62,962 bases of DNA, filler included, from Thraustochytrium aureum (GCA_012862495.1; 7 parts of 5 records of this genome joined end to end with filler, not necessarily neighbours in it), one strand, 5' to 3'; counted from the whole stretch's first letter, positions 32,308 through 45,982 are shown. The notes: a model not told the origin generated them from the letters alone. Numbers and translations are program-made.

Positions 32308-33121
32308 NNNNNNNNNNNNNNNNNNNNNNNNNNNNNNNNNNNNNNNNNNNNNNNNNNNNNNNNNNNNNNNNNNNNNNNNNNNNNNNNNNNNNNNNNNNNN
32401 NNNNNNNNNNNNNNNNNNNNNNNNNNNNNNNNNNNNNNNNNNNNNNNNNNNNNNNNNNNNNNNNNNNNNNNNNNNNNNNNNNNNNNNNNNNNNNNNNNNN
32501 NNNNNNNNNNNNNNNNNNNNNNNNNNNNNNNNNNNNNNNNNNNNNNNNNNNNNNNNNNNNNNNNNNNNNNNNNNNNNNNNNNNNNNNNNNNNNNNNNNNN
32601 NNNNNNNNNNNNNNNNNNNNNNNNNNNNNNNNNNNNNNNNNNNNNNNNNNNNNNNNNNNNNNNNNNNNNNNNNNNNNNNNNNNNNNNNNNNNNNNNNNNN
32701 NNNNNNNNNNNNNNNNNNNNNNNNNNNGGGGCTCGAGAAAGCCAGCCCGCCTTTTGATGCTAGCTGGCTCAACTTTTGCTGGCTGGCCAAAGGCTCGCTG
32801 GCCACAGCCGCTCTCGTCACTACTAGCTTAGCGACCTTTCATTCGAGCGTACTCGCCGCTGCAGTCACTGCCCGAGTCACATTATGCGAATGATCTTTTT
32901 TTATTGCGCTGCAGGGCAAACCCCAAAGTTTTTGTCTAAAATCAAGGCCGCGCGAGCCGAAGGCGCGCTCGCTCTCTCTCGCCACTCCTGACCCGAAACG
33001 TCAGGATCAAATCCACACGGGTCTTTTGACCTGCGTCTCTTCTTCAGCACGCGGCCTCTGTCGCGCGCAGAGCCGGGACGTCCCGTCCCGACTCAGACTG
33101 CCTCCGTAGACACGTCTTCTA

Positions 33122-36100
33122 TCAAATCACCATGAACCGCGACCAAAGAGACATGCGCTCCCGCTCGACCACAAGCAAGGCATCGCCCGGCGAAGCGGCC
33201 AAGAACATGCAGCGCCTATTTTCGTCCGCAGCAGCGGCCTCGACATAGCTGGTCACTGGCCCAGTCGAACCGGATTCCAACAGGCACATCTGTCCCTCCG
33301 GCGTAAAGTACACTGCCGCCGCCCCGTCGACCCGGGTGCGCGGACCGTCCACCTCGACCATGGCAAACTCCAAGTTGGCGTCGAGCGCGATCACGTAGTT
33401 GACCACCGAGCTCTCGCCGCCGCTGGGAGCTGCGACCGCCGGCAGGCGCACCTCCAGCTGGTGCGTCGCCTTGTTGAAGACGAAGAGCTGCCCTGGGCTG
33501 TCCGCGTCGCACAGGTTGGACAAGAGGATCCCTCGCTCCGCGTTCGCCTCTACGCAAATGTTCGTCTCGTCCAGCCGCATGTAGAACCTGTCACAGCTCA
33601 CCCCAGCGCAGTTAAACGACTCGTGCCCGGCGCACTGGCAGCCCCGCTCCTCGGCCGTCGAGTTGATCGACGGGTAGTTGCCGCCCACAAAGCAGTCGTC
33701 CTCGTAGCTGAGCGCCTCCATCGGTCGCGAGTGCTCCGAGCTCGTCTTGTCCTCAAAGCTATCCACGTACCGCCACCCACTGAGCGGGGGCGTCTCAACG
33801 TCCCGGCCGCTCTGCGAATACGCAAAGTGTCCGTTCCCGGGCACCTGGTCGTCGTCTGCAAACCAATCGAGCGACGCATCGTCGCGGTAGAGGTGAACGC
33901 GCTCACCAACTGACCGGAACATCGTGTCGAGCCGGGTGTACCACACCCTGGGCTCCTTGGTCTTGGCCTTGACGTACACGGTCTGCGTCCGTAGCGACGA
34001 CTCTATGCCTTGCGCGACCCCACCGCACAGGTGCACGTTTCGATGAAACGTGCACCGATACTTCATCGCTTGGGTCCCAGAATCCACAAACCCAAGGAAG
34101 AACGTTGTCTCGCACTCCGGAGCGGCGGCGCAAATCTCCATGCAGAGCCGGCCGCCGCCATCGTTTGTCGTCACCGACCATTGCAGCTGGCCGTTCTCGG
34201 GGTTGGCTGCACGAAGTCTGCACTCGGTCGCGAGGCTCACAGTTGCGCCTGGAATCGCTTTGAATGCCAGCTGCGACTCTTCGCTGAACGAGCCGCTCCC
34301 GAATCGACGGACGTAAACGCCATTCAGGTCGGGCACTGTGGCGCCGTCAAGCCGGTCGAACTCGGCGCGCAGACCACTGAGCTTGACGTACGAGCAAGAG
34401 CTTGTCGCAGGACACGACTCGGACATGCGGAGCATTTGGCCTCGGTACTGGAAGAACCGAGGCGCGGCGTACTCGTGCACCTGCGGCGCCCCACTAGACC
34501 CGTCGATGCAGAAAGACCGCATGTACGTCGACGAAGGCGACGCCACACCGTCAACGTACGAGTGCCCGTCAAAATAATTCAGCCGCTCCCGCGGGTCGGG
34601 GACGCTGTACTCGGCGAGGAGCCCATTGGCACCGAAGACGCGAAGCGTCGAGTTGGAAGCCTCAAGCGGGAGAAGACCACCCCCGGCCCCGCTCCACGCC
34701 CCGTTGGCGCCGCTTGCGCTTTGGCCGCTATCATAAAACTCGCGGTAGTCGATCGAACGCGGCGAGTCGCAGTGGTAGCTCAACGAGCCGCACCTGGCCT
34801 GCGGGCTGCAGCAGGGCTCCGCCTCGGGGCACGTTGCGGTGAGCCCGCTCTCCGACAGCAGGTCCGGACGGTTGCACCGCCCGTCCTCGCGCCACTGGTC
34901 TTTCCACGCCGACGTGAGGAACATGCGGTAGTCCACCGAGAACCGCGTGTTGCAGTGGAACTCGCTCAACCCGCAGTGGCCTGCTTGCATGTTGCAGCAG
35001 GGCCGCAAGCCCCCGCGTCCCCGTCGCCCCCACACGACCTCAACTGGCGGACACTGCGCTGCGTTGCCATCTGGGAGCGGAAAGTCCGGACCGCACCTTC
35101 CATCGTCACNNNNNNNNNNNNNNNNNNNNNNNNNNNNNNNNNNNNNNNNNNNNNNNNNNNNNNNNNNNNNNNNNNNNNNNNNNNNNNNNNNNNNNNNNNN
35201 NNNNNNNNNNNNNNNNNNNNNNNNNNNNNNNNNNNNNNNNNNNNNNNNNNNNNNNNNNNNNNNNNNNNNNNNNNNNNNNNNNNNNNNNNNNNNNNNNNNN
35301 NNNNNNNNNNNNNNNNNNNNNNNNNNNNNNNNNNNNNNNNNNNNNNNNNNNNNNNNNNNNNNNNNNNNNNNNNNNNNNNNNNNNNNNNNNNNNNNNNNGG
35401 GTCACGAGGCCCGAGACGGGCTCTGCCGCCGTGTCAGCGCGAATCAAATTGGCCCCGGAACAGCTGCAGGCCCCGTCCGAGAGCATCTTCACGCTCACCG
35501 TGCATGTCGCAGCGTCAGCGCTCGAGACGAAGTCGACTACCAGGTCAAGATCAGTCGCCTTTGTCTGAAAGACGACGAGGAGCGACCCTTCAGCCAGCTT
35601 GGACGCCACCTGAATGTCGCGCGACACGTCGGCTCCAGCGACCTGAAAGATCACTGCAAGCGGTTCAAATTCGGCGTTTGGGAACTGCACATTGGCGGAC
35701 CCTTCTCCGAGTTTGCTCTGCGCAAGCCCCTCCTCGTACACCACAACTGCGGTGTAGCTCCCAGTGGTCAGACCCTCAAACTTGAATCTGCTGGACAGAA
35801 TTGAGGCTGGCGTCGTTCCGACGGTCGTTTCTGCTGCGCTTGTCGCCGCCGAGTCGAACGCGGAAAGGCAAGTCGTCAGGCGCACGCTCTCAGAAACCGA
35901 GCCGTTGGCGCCCTGCAGGGTGACACCTGCATCCGCCTCGCTCAAAGCCTCGCCACCAGTCGAGACCTCGAGGTCGACGACCACTTGCTCAAGCGGCGTC
36001 CTGCCCTCCCACGCTGGGACGACGCCGGCAAAGAGGAGGACCCGCGCCTGGACCCCGGCCCCTGTTCGCGCATCGCTGATGCGCCCTTCAAACCGGAACT

Positions 36101-36688
36101 TGTCTGGCTCGCGACGCCCCAAGGAGTCGCCAGTGCGCATCGACGCGCTGTTGGGGATACACAGCGAAAACGAAAACTCGCGCAGCGGGGTCGTTTTCCG
36201 GTTGGCGATGCTGCAGTACGACTTTGCCCACTTGAAGTAGTAGTCGCGCGGATTCGATTCTGCCTTTGGCCGCGCGTCACGCGGGAAGCCCACTTGGTGG
36301 TCGTAGTTGGACCACTCCCACGCATTTGTGCCGTTCACGAGGTCCTCCACCGTGGCATAGAGCGCGAAATCGCGGTTGATGAGGTGGTTGCCGCCCAGGC
36401 TGGACCAGTTGCTCAGCATCATGTCCGACGCGGAGTAGCCCTCAGGCAGCTCGTCCCCGAGATACTTGTAGTAAAGGTACGTTCTCCCTGCGATGTCGTA
36501 GCGCCAAATTTTGCGCAGCGCAAACAACGCGTCTATTGTGAGCTCGCCAACGTTTAGCGAGACCTGGCAGTCGTACTGGTGAAAAACCTCAACCCAGTCG
36601 CCTTGCGGGCACCCATCCACCGGCTCATTGTAGTCAAACCCGTAAAAGTACTCGCAAAGCAACTCGTTCGCCTCGCACGCGCCTTCAG
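33122..36688 (-). CDS. Large extracellular multidomain protein with hevein/CBM18-like Cys repeats and a possible ricin-B-like C-terminus; 5' partial; gap 35110-35398
   Basis: ORFs 35106-36662 and 33122-35035 lie on the same strand either side of a gap. Two modules (D/WRE)DGRC...CC...G/A.CG....HC....S.DYR. That both parts form one gene is assumed. Confidence 0.7.
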
Positions 36689-36788
36689 NNNNNNNNNNNN
36701 NNNNNNNNNNNNNNNNNNNNNNNNNNNNNNNNTTAATTAATTAANNNNNNNNNNNNNNNNNNNNNNNNNNNNNNNNNNNNNNNNNNNN
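36689..36788. other. Artificial scaffold linker
   Basis: N44-TTAATTAATTAA-N44. Confidence 0.97.
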
Positions 36789-36792
36789 AATC

Positions 36793-38216
36793 ATGTCGTC
36801 CTCCGTCTCGTCCGGGTCCTCCTCGGTCTCGCGCAGCACCACCAGCAGCAGCTCGAGCAGCACCTCCATCAACGTCAGCGCCTGCATCTCGCCCCTGCCC
36901 ATGGAGGGCGAGCGCGGCGTCGTGATCGTGGACGCGTTCTCCACCGGCGAACTGATGGCCGAGCGCATCCGCCAACTCGGGTTTCAGCTGGTTCTCGTCT
37001 ACTCGACCCCCAAGCAGGACTTTGGCGTCTGGAGCAACAACATCGAGGGCGACATCGAGATCTTCCACACCGACGACAACGTCAAGGCAACCGCCGACAA
37101 GATCCGCTCGCTCCACTTCCCCGTGGAGGCCGTCCTGGCCGGCGCCGAGAACGGCGTCTTCCTCGCCGACAAGCTCGCCCACGAGCTGGACGTCGAGGTC
37201 CGCAACCCGCTCGGCCTGAGCGTCGCGCGCCGCAACAAGTTCCTGCAGCAGGAGACCATCCGCGCGCGCGGCGTGCGCGCCGCCAAGCAGATCCTGAGCA
37301 GCGACTGGGACGAGGTCGAGGCCTTCCTGCGCGACTGGCAGCCCGACCCGTTCAAGGTCATCGTCAAGCCCAACCAGAGCGCTGGCTCTGACGACGTCTT
37401 CCTCTGCAACACCATGCAGGAAACCCGCGCCGCCTTTGACTGCATCAACGGCGCCATCAACGGCTGCGGCGAGGTCAACGAGGGCGTGCTGGTCATGGAG
37501 TTCCTCCAGGGCGAAGAGTACGTCATCGACAGCGTCAGCCGCGGCGGTGACACAAGGTCATCTCCATCTGGAAGTACGACAAGCGCCACGTCAACGGCCA
37601 GTTCAACGTCTACTTTGGCATGGAGATCTGCTCCGTCAAGTCGGACCTCGAGCGAGCCCTCGTCGAGTACAGCAACCAGGTCCTCGACGCCCTCGAGATC
37701 TTCAACGGGCCGAGCCACATGGAGGTCATCCTCACCAAGGAGGGCCCGCGCCTTGTCGAGGTTGGTGCCCGCTGCCACGGCGGCCACGGGACCTGGGCCA
37801 CCATCGCCACGGCGGCCTTTGGCTACAACCAGATGGAGGCCACCATCGACTGCTACCTCAACCCGGACCGCTTCGCGAGCCTTCCGCCTTACCCGACGCA
37901 GCCCAACCACTTTGGCAAGGAGGTCTTCCTCGTCAGCTACCGCGAGGGCGTCGTGCACGGCATCCCGGGCATTGACAAGGTCCTGGGCCTGCCTTCCTTC
38001 CTCGCCAGCGACATCGGGCTCAAGCCCGGCCACATGCTGCGCAAGACGGTGGACCTCTTCACCATGCCCGGCCGCGTGCAGCTCCTGCACTCGTCTCCGG
38101 AGCAGGTCGAGGCCGACTACAACAACATCCACGCGCTCCTCCGCGACGGCGAGATGTTCGAGCTCGTCTCCGGCAAGGCCCTCGAGGCCATTCCGTCGGG
38201 CCCTGCCGAGGAGTAG
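36793..38216 (+). CDS. ATP-grasp ligase of the L-amino acid ligase/carnosine synthase-like group; frameshift near 37550
   Basis: VIVDAFSTG, AGAENGV.LAD, ARRNKF, IVKPNQSAGSDDV, MEFLQGEEYVIDSVS, IWKYDKR, GPSHMEV, LVEVGARCHGG. Confidence 0.88.
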
Positions 38217-39623
38217 GCGCGATGCCCGTTCCCACACACACAATGCACACCAAAACCCTCTTGTCCTGGCTCTCTGTGAGCACACCGCAAAACCTGCTCG
38301 GTCGCTGCAACAACAACACCAACAACAAAACCAACGAGTCGCTGATCACCGCCGGTCGTCACGCCTTGTATGCAGCAAACCCCAAACTAAAATGAAACTC
38401 AACTGTCCACTGCTCATGGATTCCGCTTGTCCTCGCCGTGGCCCTCGTGCGCACAGCTCTTGCAGGGCAGGACGTGGCAACCTTGGCTGCTACGCGAGCG
38501 CTAGCGGAGGCTATCGAGCCCCACTTTTGCTTGCCTGCTGGGACTGGGGCCCGGTTTGCGCANGTTTCGACCCTGCAAGCTGGCAATGCGAAGCCCGTAG
38601 TGTCCCAGTCCAGGTCCACGGTATGGATTGCGGCGTGTGCGTTGCCGCCAACGCTTCGTGCATTGTGACAACGATGCCTGCACGGAGAAGGCCCGCTTGG
38701 ACTTGCGCAAGCGCATTGCGATAGAAATCCTCGAACTCGCCAGGCTCGCGCCGCACAAACCGGATAGAAACAGAACCACGGCGAGGAACCACATGAGGTA
38801 GGTAGACTGTGCACAGGAAAATTGACTTTCTGGCCCGCGTAGAGGAGTGGGAAAGGAAGAATGGATTGATCAGCGGTCTCGAGGGCGCCTGCGCGAGTCG
38901 CACGCGCAGAACACCCCCCGAGACCGCAACTTGTTTGAAAAAAGAATCAAAATTAAAATTCCGCGAGCAGCGCGCGGCACGGTCCCTGGGAGAGTCGTCG
39001 GCTGCTTGCTCGCCCTGCGGTCTGGCGTCGCTCTGAACGTCGTCCGCTCCGTCGGTCGCCAGACGCCCGCTTGCTGCTTGCGAAGCGGGTTTGCAGGGCC
39101 AGCCGCGCGCTATCTGCCGTCGGGAGGGTGCCGCCCAGTGTGGCGTCGTGTCTCCAGAATTCACCGCGGCAACCGCCACCTCGGTCACATGCCTCGGCCA
39201 GGAAACGAACTCTGCCCACCGGCAGAGGTACTCTACCTACTGGCAGGCTTTGGTACCTACTCTTTCGGTTTGGCAGAGCAAGGAGCATCCGACGGGAGAT
39301 GACACTCCGTGATTCTCCGAGATTTATCTGGGGACCTAAGCGATGCACAAACCATTCAATTATGGACCTGGCCGTTTCAGCCAGGNNNNNNNNNNNNNNN
39401 NNNNNNNNNNNNNNNNNNNNNNNNNNNNNNNNNNNNNNNNNNNNNNNNNNNNNNNNNNNNNNNNNNNNNNNNNNNNNNNNNNNNNNNNNNNNNNNNNNNN
39501 NNNNNNNNNNNNNNNNNNNNNNNNNNNNNNNNNNNNNNNNNNNNNNNNNNNNNNNNNNNNNNNNNNNNNNNNNNNNNNNNNNNNNNNNNNNNNNNNNNNN
39601 NNNNNNNNNNNNNNNNNNNNGTT

Positions 39624-39724
39624 GTCAAATATGCTCATCTACGGAGACGAACTCCAGGGCCCTCGAGACACCGGGTTGGACGAGCGCGCGCGTGGGTTCG
39701 TCTCCGTAGATGAGCATATTTGAC
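39624..39724. repeat. Perfect 29-bp inverted repeat with a 43-nt loop
   Basis: gtcaaatatgctcatctacggagacgaac (39624-39652) is the exact reverse complement of 39696-39724. Confidence 0.95.
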
Positions 39725-40210
39725 GAAGCTGCGACGGTTCAAAGGCGGCTACACGCAGATCAGAGTTCCAGACGCGCGAACCCTTGCGTTCGTATACACT
39801 CAAGGGTTTATTGCCCATCGAGAAATAAACGTTTTACAATCATAGATCCTCCGGTTTTCGGCAGATAATGTCTAGATGCCCACATGTGTCCGTTGAACGT
39901 GCTTTCGAGAAAGGTGTCAGAAAGGTGTCAGAAAGTTGACGTCCATACGATTTGCGGAGGTCGGTAATTTAGCCTTCGTCTTTTTGCGCACATGTCACAT
40001 ATGTTAACATCCGTGATAAAGAACAGTGAAGAACTTCAATTATTCCTTTTGGAAGCAAAATGTCCCCGGGTCTGTAGGTAGGTAGTAGAGCAGGCAGCCC
40101 CCACTTTTGCCTCTTTTGCGGTTTCGTACACCACAAAACGGAAACTTCCAGTCTCAACCAACCCTGACAAATTTACCTGTGTGCTGCCACAGTTGGGAAT
40201 TCTCCGGCGT

Positions 40211-40301
40211 ACCACATGTGTCATCTCCGGTCTCTCCGGCGCACCACATGTGTCATCTCCGGTCGGATCCTCCTTGGGGAGAGCAAGCCTCCTTGGGGAG
40301 A
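40211..40301 (+). repeat. Two adjacent short direct duplications
   Basis: accacatgtgtcatctccggtc x2, followed by ctccttggggagag x2. Confidence 0.8.
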
Positions 40302-41279
40302 GTAACAATAACAACGCAACACCCAACCACCAACGTTACACACGTCGGGTGTCGGTACCTACCTGGACTGTGCTTTGAGCATGCTCTCTTCAGAGCTCTT
40401 TTGAACCCTCGCCGTTTTTGGTCTCCTGCTGCTACAGTGTACACCAGAACATGGATGAGGAAAGGATCAAGTTTTTTGGCTGCACTTCATGTTTGTGAAC
40501 GCCACAGCACCAAGGACAGCACTGGCAGCAAGGAGGATCTGGCAGCCCGTCCTCCAGACGCGTGGATCGTTGGTCGTGTCAAGGAGGGGCGTGTGGTTAG
40601 AACGCCCTCAGCCACCCACCTTGCAGCGATGTGGACGCGCAAGGACGAGCCTCTGCGCTAGCGCGTGGGGGAGGAGGATGAGGAAAGGAGCAAGTCTTTG
40701 GATGCATTTCATAATTGTGCAGACCACAGCACTGCGTTGTCATTCGAGTTGCGAAAGGAGAAATGACTTCACCTTTGCACACAGAGAACGTCTGATAAAG
40801 AAATTTCATGTTTACAGCTTTTGAAGCGTACCGGTAGAGAGAGAGAGAGCTCTAGCGAGCTAGCTTTGCCGGCAAACTGTCCCCTCTCGAGTGCCAACGC
40901 TTAGAGCGGGCGTGTGGCGCAGCGAAGGCGAAGGTTAGGCCGTGCCCATCCTTCTCCGTGTTTTTACTCTTCGCCTTTCCTTGCTCAGCTTGCTTCCCAC
41001 TTTTCATGTGTCGTCTGTCCTGCGTCATCAACCTCCGTTCATCGCTTTTCGCCCGTCCTGTTGCCCTGTTGTAAGCTGCTGCCAAAAAAGACGTGTTTTT
41101 CTCCTGAGGCAGAGTTTCCCGTCTCTCATAGCATTGCGCACCAACCAAATTGGCTAGCAAACTGTCTTGGAGTGCCCCCAAGAAGCCAAATGCCGCCTTC
41201 AGCACTTCAGTAGACCCCAATCGGCAAGAAGACAACCCGCAAGTGCGTAGCGGCAACGATTGGTGTTGAAGACGCAAAG

Positions 41280-43417
41280 ATGATGCGCATTGCGGCCCTC
41301 ATCGCCATGATGGCGGTCATTGCCTCGGGCACGCAGATCGAGTGCCTCGACGGCCTTGTCCAAGTGCCAAGCACGGATCTGCAAGACACGACCGTTTCTT
41401 TTGACTCTAACTTTGAAGCGAGCTTCTCCTTCGTGGTTGGCGAATTCCCCACCGTTGAACAACGCCTTTTCCAAGTCTCGCAACCTAACCTCCTCTCTGC
41501 GTCAATCCAAAGAACCTCGGAAGGAAACAAAAGGCTCCGGGTTCGCGTAGCCGTCGTCGGCAGCTCCTATTATGATTGCGATGTCTTTGGTCTTCTGGTA
41601 GGCACACGTTACGACGTTTCTATTAGGTTCCAGGATGGTATCGCGGATATTTCCGTCTACACTGGAGGTACCGTGCACGGTGGGTGCGATAAAAGCGGCC
41701 AAATACCGAATGGTGGAACTAACCTCCTCTACTATCTAGGCTCTGGTTTTACTTCGACGGTGGTGGATCCGAACGCCTGTGTCTCGAGTCTTCTAATGGT
41801 TACGCCAAANNNNNNNNNNNNNNNNNNNNNNNNNNNNNNNNNNNNNNNNNNNNNNNNNNNNNNNNNNNNNNNNNNNNNNNNNNNNNNNNNNNNNNNNNNN
41901 NNNNNNNNNNNNNNNNNNNNNNNNNNNNNNNNNNNNNNNNNNNNNNNNNNNNNNNNNNNNNNNNNNNNNNNNNNNNNNNNNNNNNNNNNNNNNNNNNNNN
42001 NNNNNNNNNNNNNNNNNNNNNNNNNNNNNNNNNNNNNNNNNNNNNNNNNNNNNNNNNNNNNNNNNNNNNNNNNNNNNNNNNNNNNNNNNNNNNNNNNNNN
42101 NNNNNNNNNNNNNNNNNNNNNNNNNNNNNNNNNNNNNNNNNNNNNNNNNNNNNNNNNNNNNNNNNNNNNNNNNNNNNNNNNNNNNNNNNNNNNNNNNNNN
42201 NNNNNNNNNNNNNNNNNNNNNNNNNNNNNNNNNNNNNNNNNNNNNNNNNNNNNNNNNNNNNNNNNNNNNNNNNNNNNNNNNNNNNNNNNNNNNNNNNNNN
42301 NNNNNNNNNNNNNNNNNNNNNNNNNNNNNNNNNNNNNNNNNNNNNNNNNNNNNNNNNNNNNNNNNNNNNNNNNNNNNNNNNNNNNNNNNNNNNNNNNNNN
42401 NNNNNNNNNNNNNNNNNNNNNNNNNNNNNNNNNNNNNNNNNNNNNNNNNNNNNNNNNNNNNNNNNNNNNNNNNNNNNNNNNNNNNNNNNNNNNNNNNNNN
42501 NNNNNNNNNNNNNNNNNNNNNNNNNNNNNNNNNNNNNNNNNNNNNNNNNNNNNNNNNNNNNNNNNNNNNNNNNNNNNNNNNNNNNNNNNNNNNNNNNNNN
42601 NNNNNNNNNNNNNNNNNNNNNNNNNNNNNNNNNNNNNNNNNNNNNNNNNNNNNNNNNNNNNNNNNNNNNNNNTTCCAAGTCCCCATCAACATCACCGACG
42701 GCCTCCCCGACAACGTTCCACAACTGCCGAGACACCGGCTTGCTGATCGCTGTGGACGAGTCCTGGAGTATCTCGACCACCCAGCAAGCCAAGCAGAAGG
42801 ACGTGCTGGCCGAGCTCCTCAACATCATCCCCATTTCTGCTGAAAGAGTTGGAGTCTCTTTGACGACCTTCGGGCTCAGCTTCGTCGACCTCATCTCGGT
42901 GACGGGGGAGGGGGCCAATGGAGCCAACACAGTTTCGACGGATGAACTCCAAGTGAAGCCAACTGTGATGGCTTATGTCAAAACCGTTCACCGCCGTCGG
43001 CCGTACACGAACATGAACGGTATCTTCGACGCTGACCGCGGCCAGGCGCTGTCTGAGATTTACGAGAACCCGACGATTTTGATCTTGTCTGATGGTAAAC
43101 CGTACGTGCGGAACAAGAAGACGAACCCCTGCACCGTTGCCAAGAAGTTTCGCAGCGACAATCCCGAAACGAACATCATCTGCTTCCAGTCTGACAAGAG
43201 GTCAAAGGCGGCCAGTTTCTTCAAGAAGTGTGCTTGCAATGCCATTTGGCTCGCTTCAGACCCGAAGGTGAAGGACTTTTCCCCTGCCAAGATCGCTCGT
43301 CAGATGAAGAACCAGTTGTGCGAACCCGTGGTGCAAGTCGAGGACCCGTGTGATCCCATCAACTATTCTTCTCCCGCCAAAAAGAGAAAGTCGAATTGCC
43401 GCAAGGTCGTTCGTAAC
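41280..43417 (+). CDS. Secreted protein with signal peptide, N-terminal beta-rich domain and von Willebrand factor A domain; gapped, 3' partial
   Basis: Signal MMRIAALIAMMAVIASG. After gap 41810-42672: LIAVDESWSI (MIDAS DxSxS), VSLTTFG, YTN, ILILSDGKP and a Cys-rich tail. Joining across the gap is assumed. Confidence 0.72.
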
Positions 43418-43517
43418 NNNNNNNNNNNNNNNNNNNNNNNNNNNNNNNNNNNNNNNNNNNNTTAATTAATTAANNNNNNNNNNNNNNNNNNNNNNNNNNN
43501 NNNNNNNNNNNNNNNNN
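43418..43517. other. Artificial scaffold linker
   Basis: N44-TTAATTAATTAA-N44. Confidence 0.97.
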
Positions 43518-44478
<961 letters not shown>

Positions 44479-45982
44479 NNNNNNNNNNNNNNNNNNNNNN
44501 NNNNNNNNNNNNNNNNNNNNNNNNNNNNNNNNNNNNNNNNNNNNNNNNNNNNNNNNNNNNNNNNNNNNNNNNNNNNNNNNNNNNNNNNNNNNNNNNNNNN
44601 NNNNNNNNNNNNNNNNNNNNNNNNNNNNNNNNNNNNNNNNNNNNNNNNNNNNNNNNNNNNNNNNNNNNNNNNNNNNNNNNNNNNNNNNNNNNNNNNNNNN
44701 NNNNNNNNNNNNNNNNNNNNNNNNNNNNNNNNNNNNNNNNNNNNNNNNNNNNNNNNNNNNNNNNNNNNNNNNNNNNNNNNNNNNNNNNNNNNNNNNNNNN
44801 NNNNNNNNNNNNNNNNNNNNNNNNNNNNNNNNNNNNNNNNNNNNNNNNNNNNNNNNNNNNNNNNNNNNNNNNNNNNNNNNNNNNNNNNNNNNNNNNNNNN
44901 NNNNNNNNNNNNNNNNNNNNNNNNNNNNNNNNNNNNNNNNNNNNNNNNNNNNNNNNNNNNNNNNNNNNNNNNNNNNNNNNNNNNNNNNNNNNNNNNNNNN
45001 NNNNNNNNNNNNNNNNNNNNNNNNNNNNNNNNNNNNNNNNNNNNNNNNNNNNNNNNNNNNNNNNNNNNNNNNNNNNNNNNNNNNNNNNNNNNNNNNNNNN
45101 NNNNNNNNNNNNNNNNNNNNNNNNNNNNNNNNNNNNNNNNNNNNNNNNNNNNNNNNNNNNNNNNNNNNNNNNNNNNNNNNNNNNNNNNNNNNNNNNNNNN
45201 NNNNNNNNNNNNNNNNNNNNNNNNNNNNNNNNNNNNNNNNNNNNNNNNNNNNNNNNNNNNNNNNNNNNNNNNNNNNNNNNNNNNNNNNNNNNNNNNNNNN
45301 NNNNNNNNNNNNNNNNNNNNNNNNNNNNNNNNNNNNNNNNNNNNNNNNNNNNNNNNNNNNNNNCCTTGTTGTGAGAAGGCGAAAGGAGGGCGACTTGTTG
45401 TGAGGAATTGCGCTGCCCTCACAGGCGCAGCTAACCGCTCCCGTTTAGGTGGTTGTATGCGATGCGTTGGCGGCCCGACGAACAGAGCGAAGGATCCAAT
45501 AGTGCAAGGTGGGAGTTCCGTTTCGAGGTTTTTAAAGGGGGCGTGGTTTTAAAGGACGCGTGCGGATAGTACCGTTTCGCGGCGGATGTGCCTTTCTTTG
45601 GCGAGGCAGGCGCTTAGGTACCGGCTCGATCTCGCTCGTGCTGGACCACATTGCATGGCCGCGGAGCTCGGTAGAAGCGGTGGTCTGTTGCGCCGCGAGG
45701 ATTGCCAAGGCGCGCTTTACTTGCTCTCAGGGGCTCGCGCCATGGCACTCGCGTTCGTTCATGTCTTTGGGCTTGGGCGCCATGGCATGCGAGCCCGAAC
45801 ACAAGTTGACTGCTTGTTTCCATTTTGGGATTTTTATAGCTCTAGAGCTAGTAGCGTAGGTGCGCCGTGAAACCAGCCGGGCCTGCCGTCAATGATGCGC
45901 TCAACCAGGACGGCAACGACGCTGGCGCTGCTTGTGGGCGCGCGCTCGCAGTTGGCTTCGGCTGGAAGCACCGACTTGTCGG

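Noticed and set aside
38400..41200. Gene-free region as a decayed transposable element
   Set aside because: It has several short duplications but no transposase, reverse transcriptase or integrase motifs; only the hairpin is reported.
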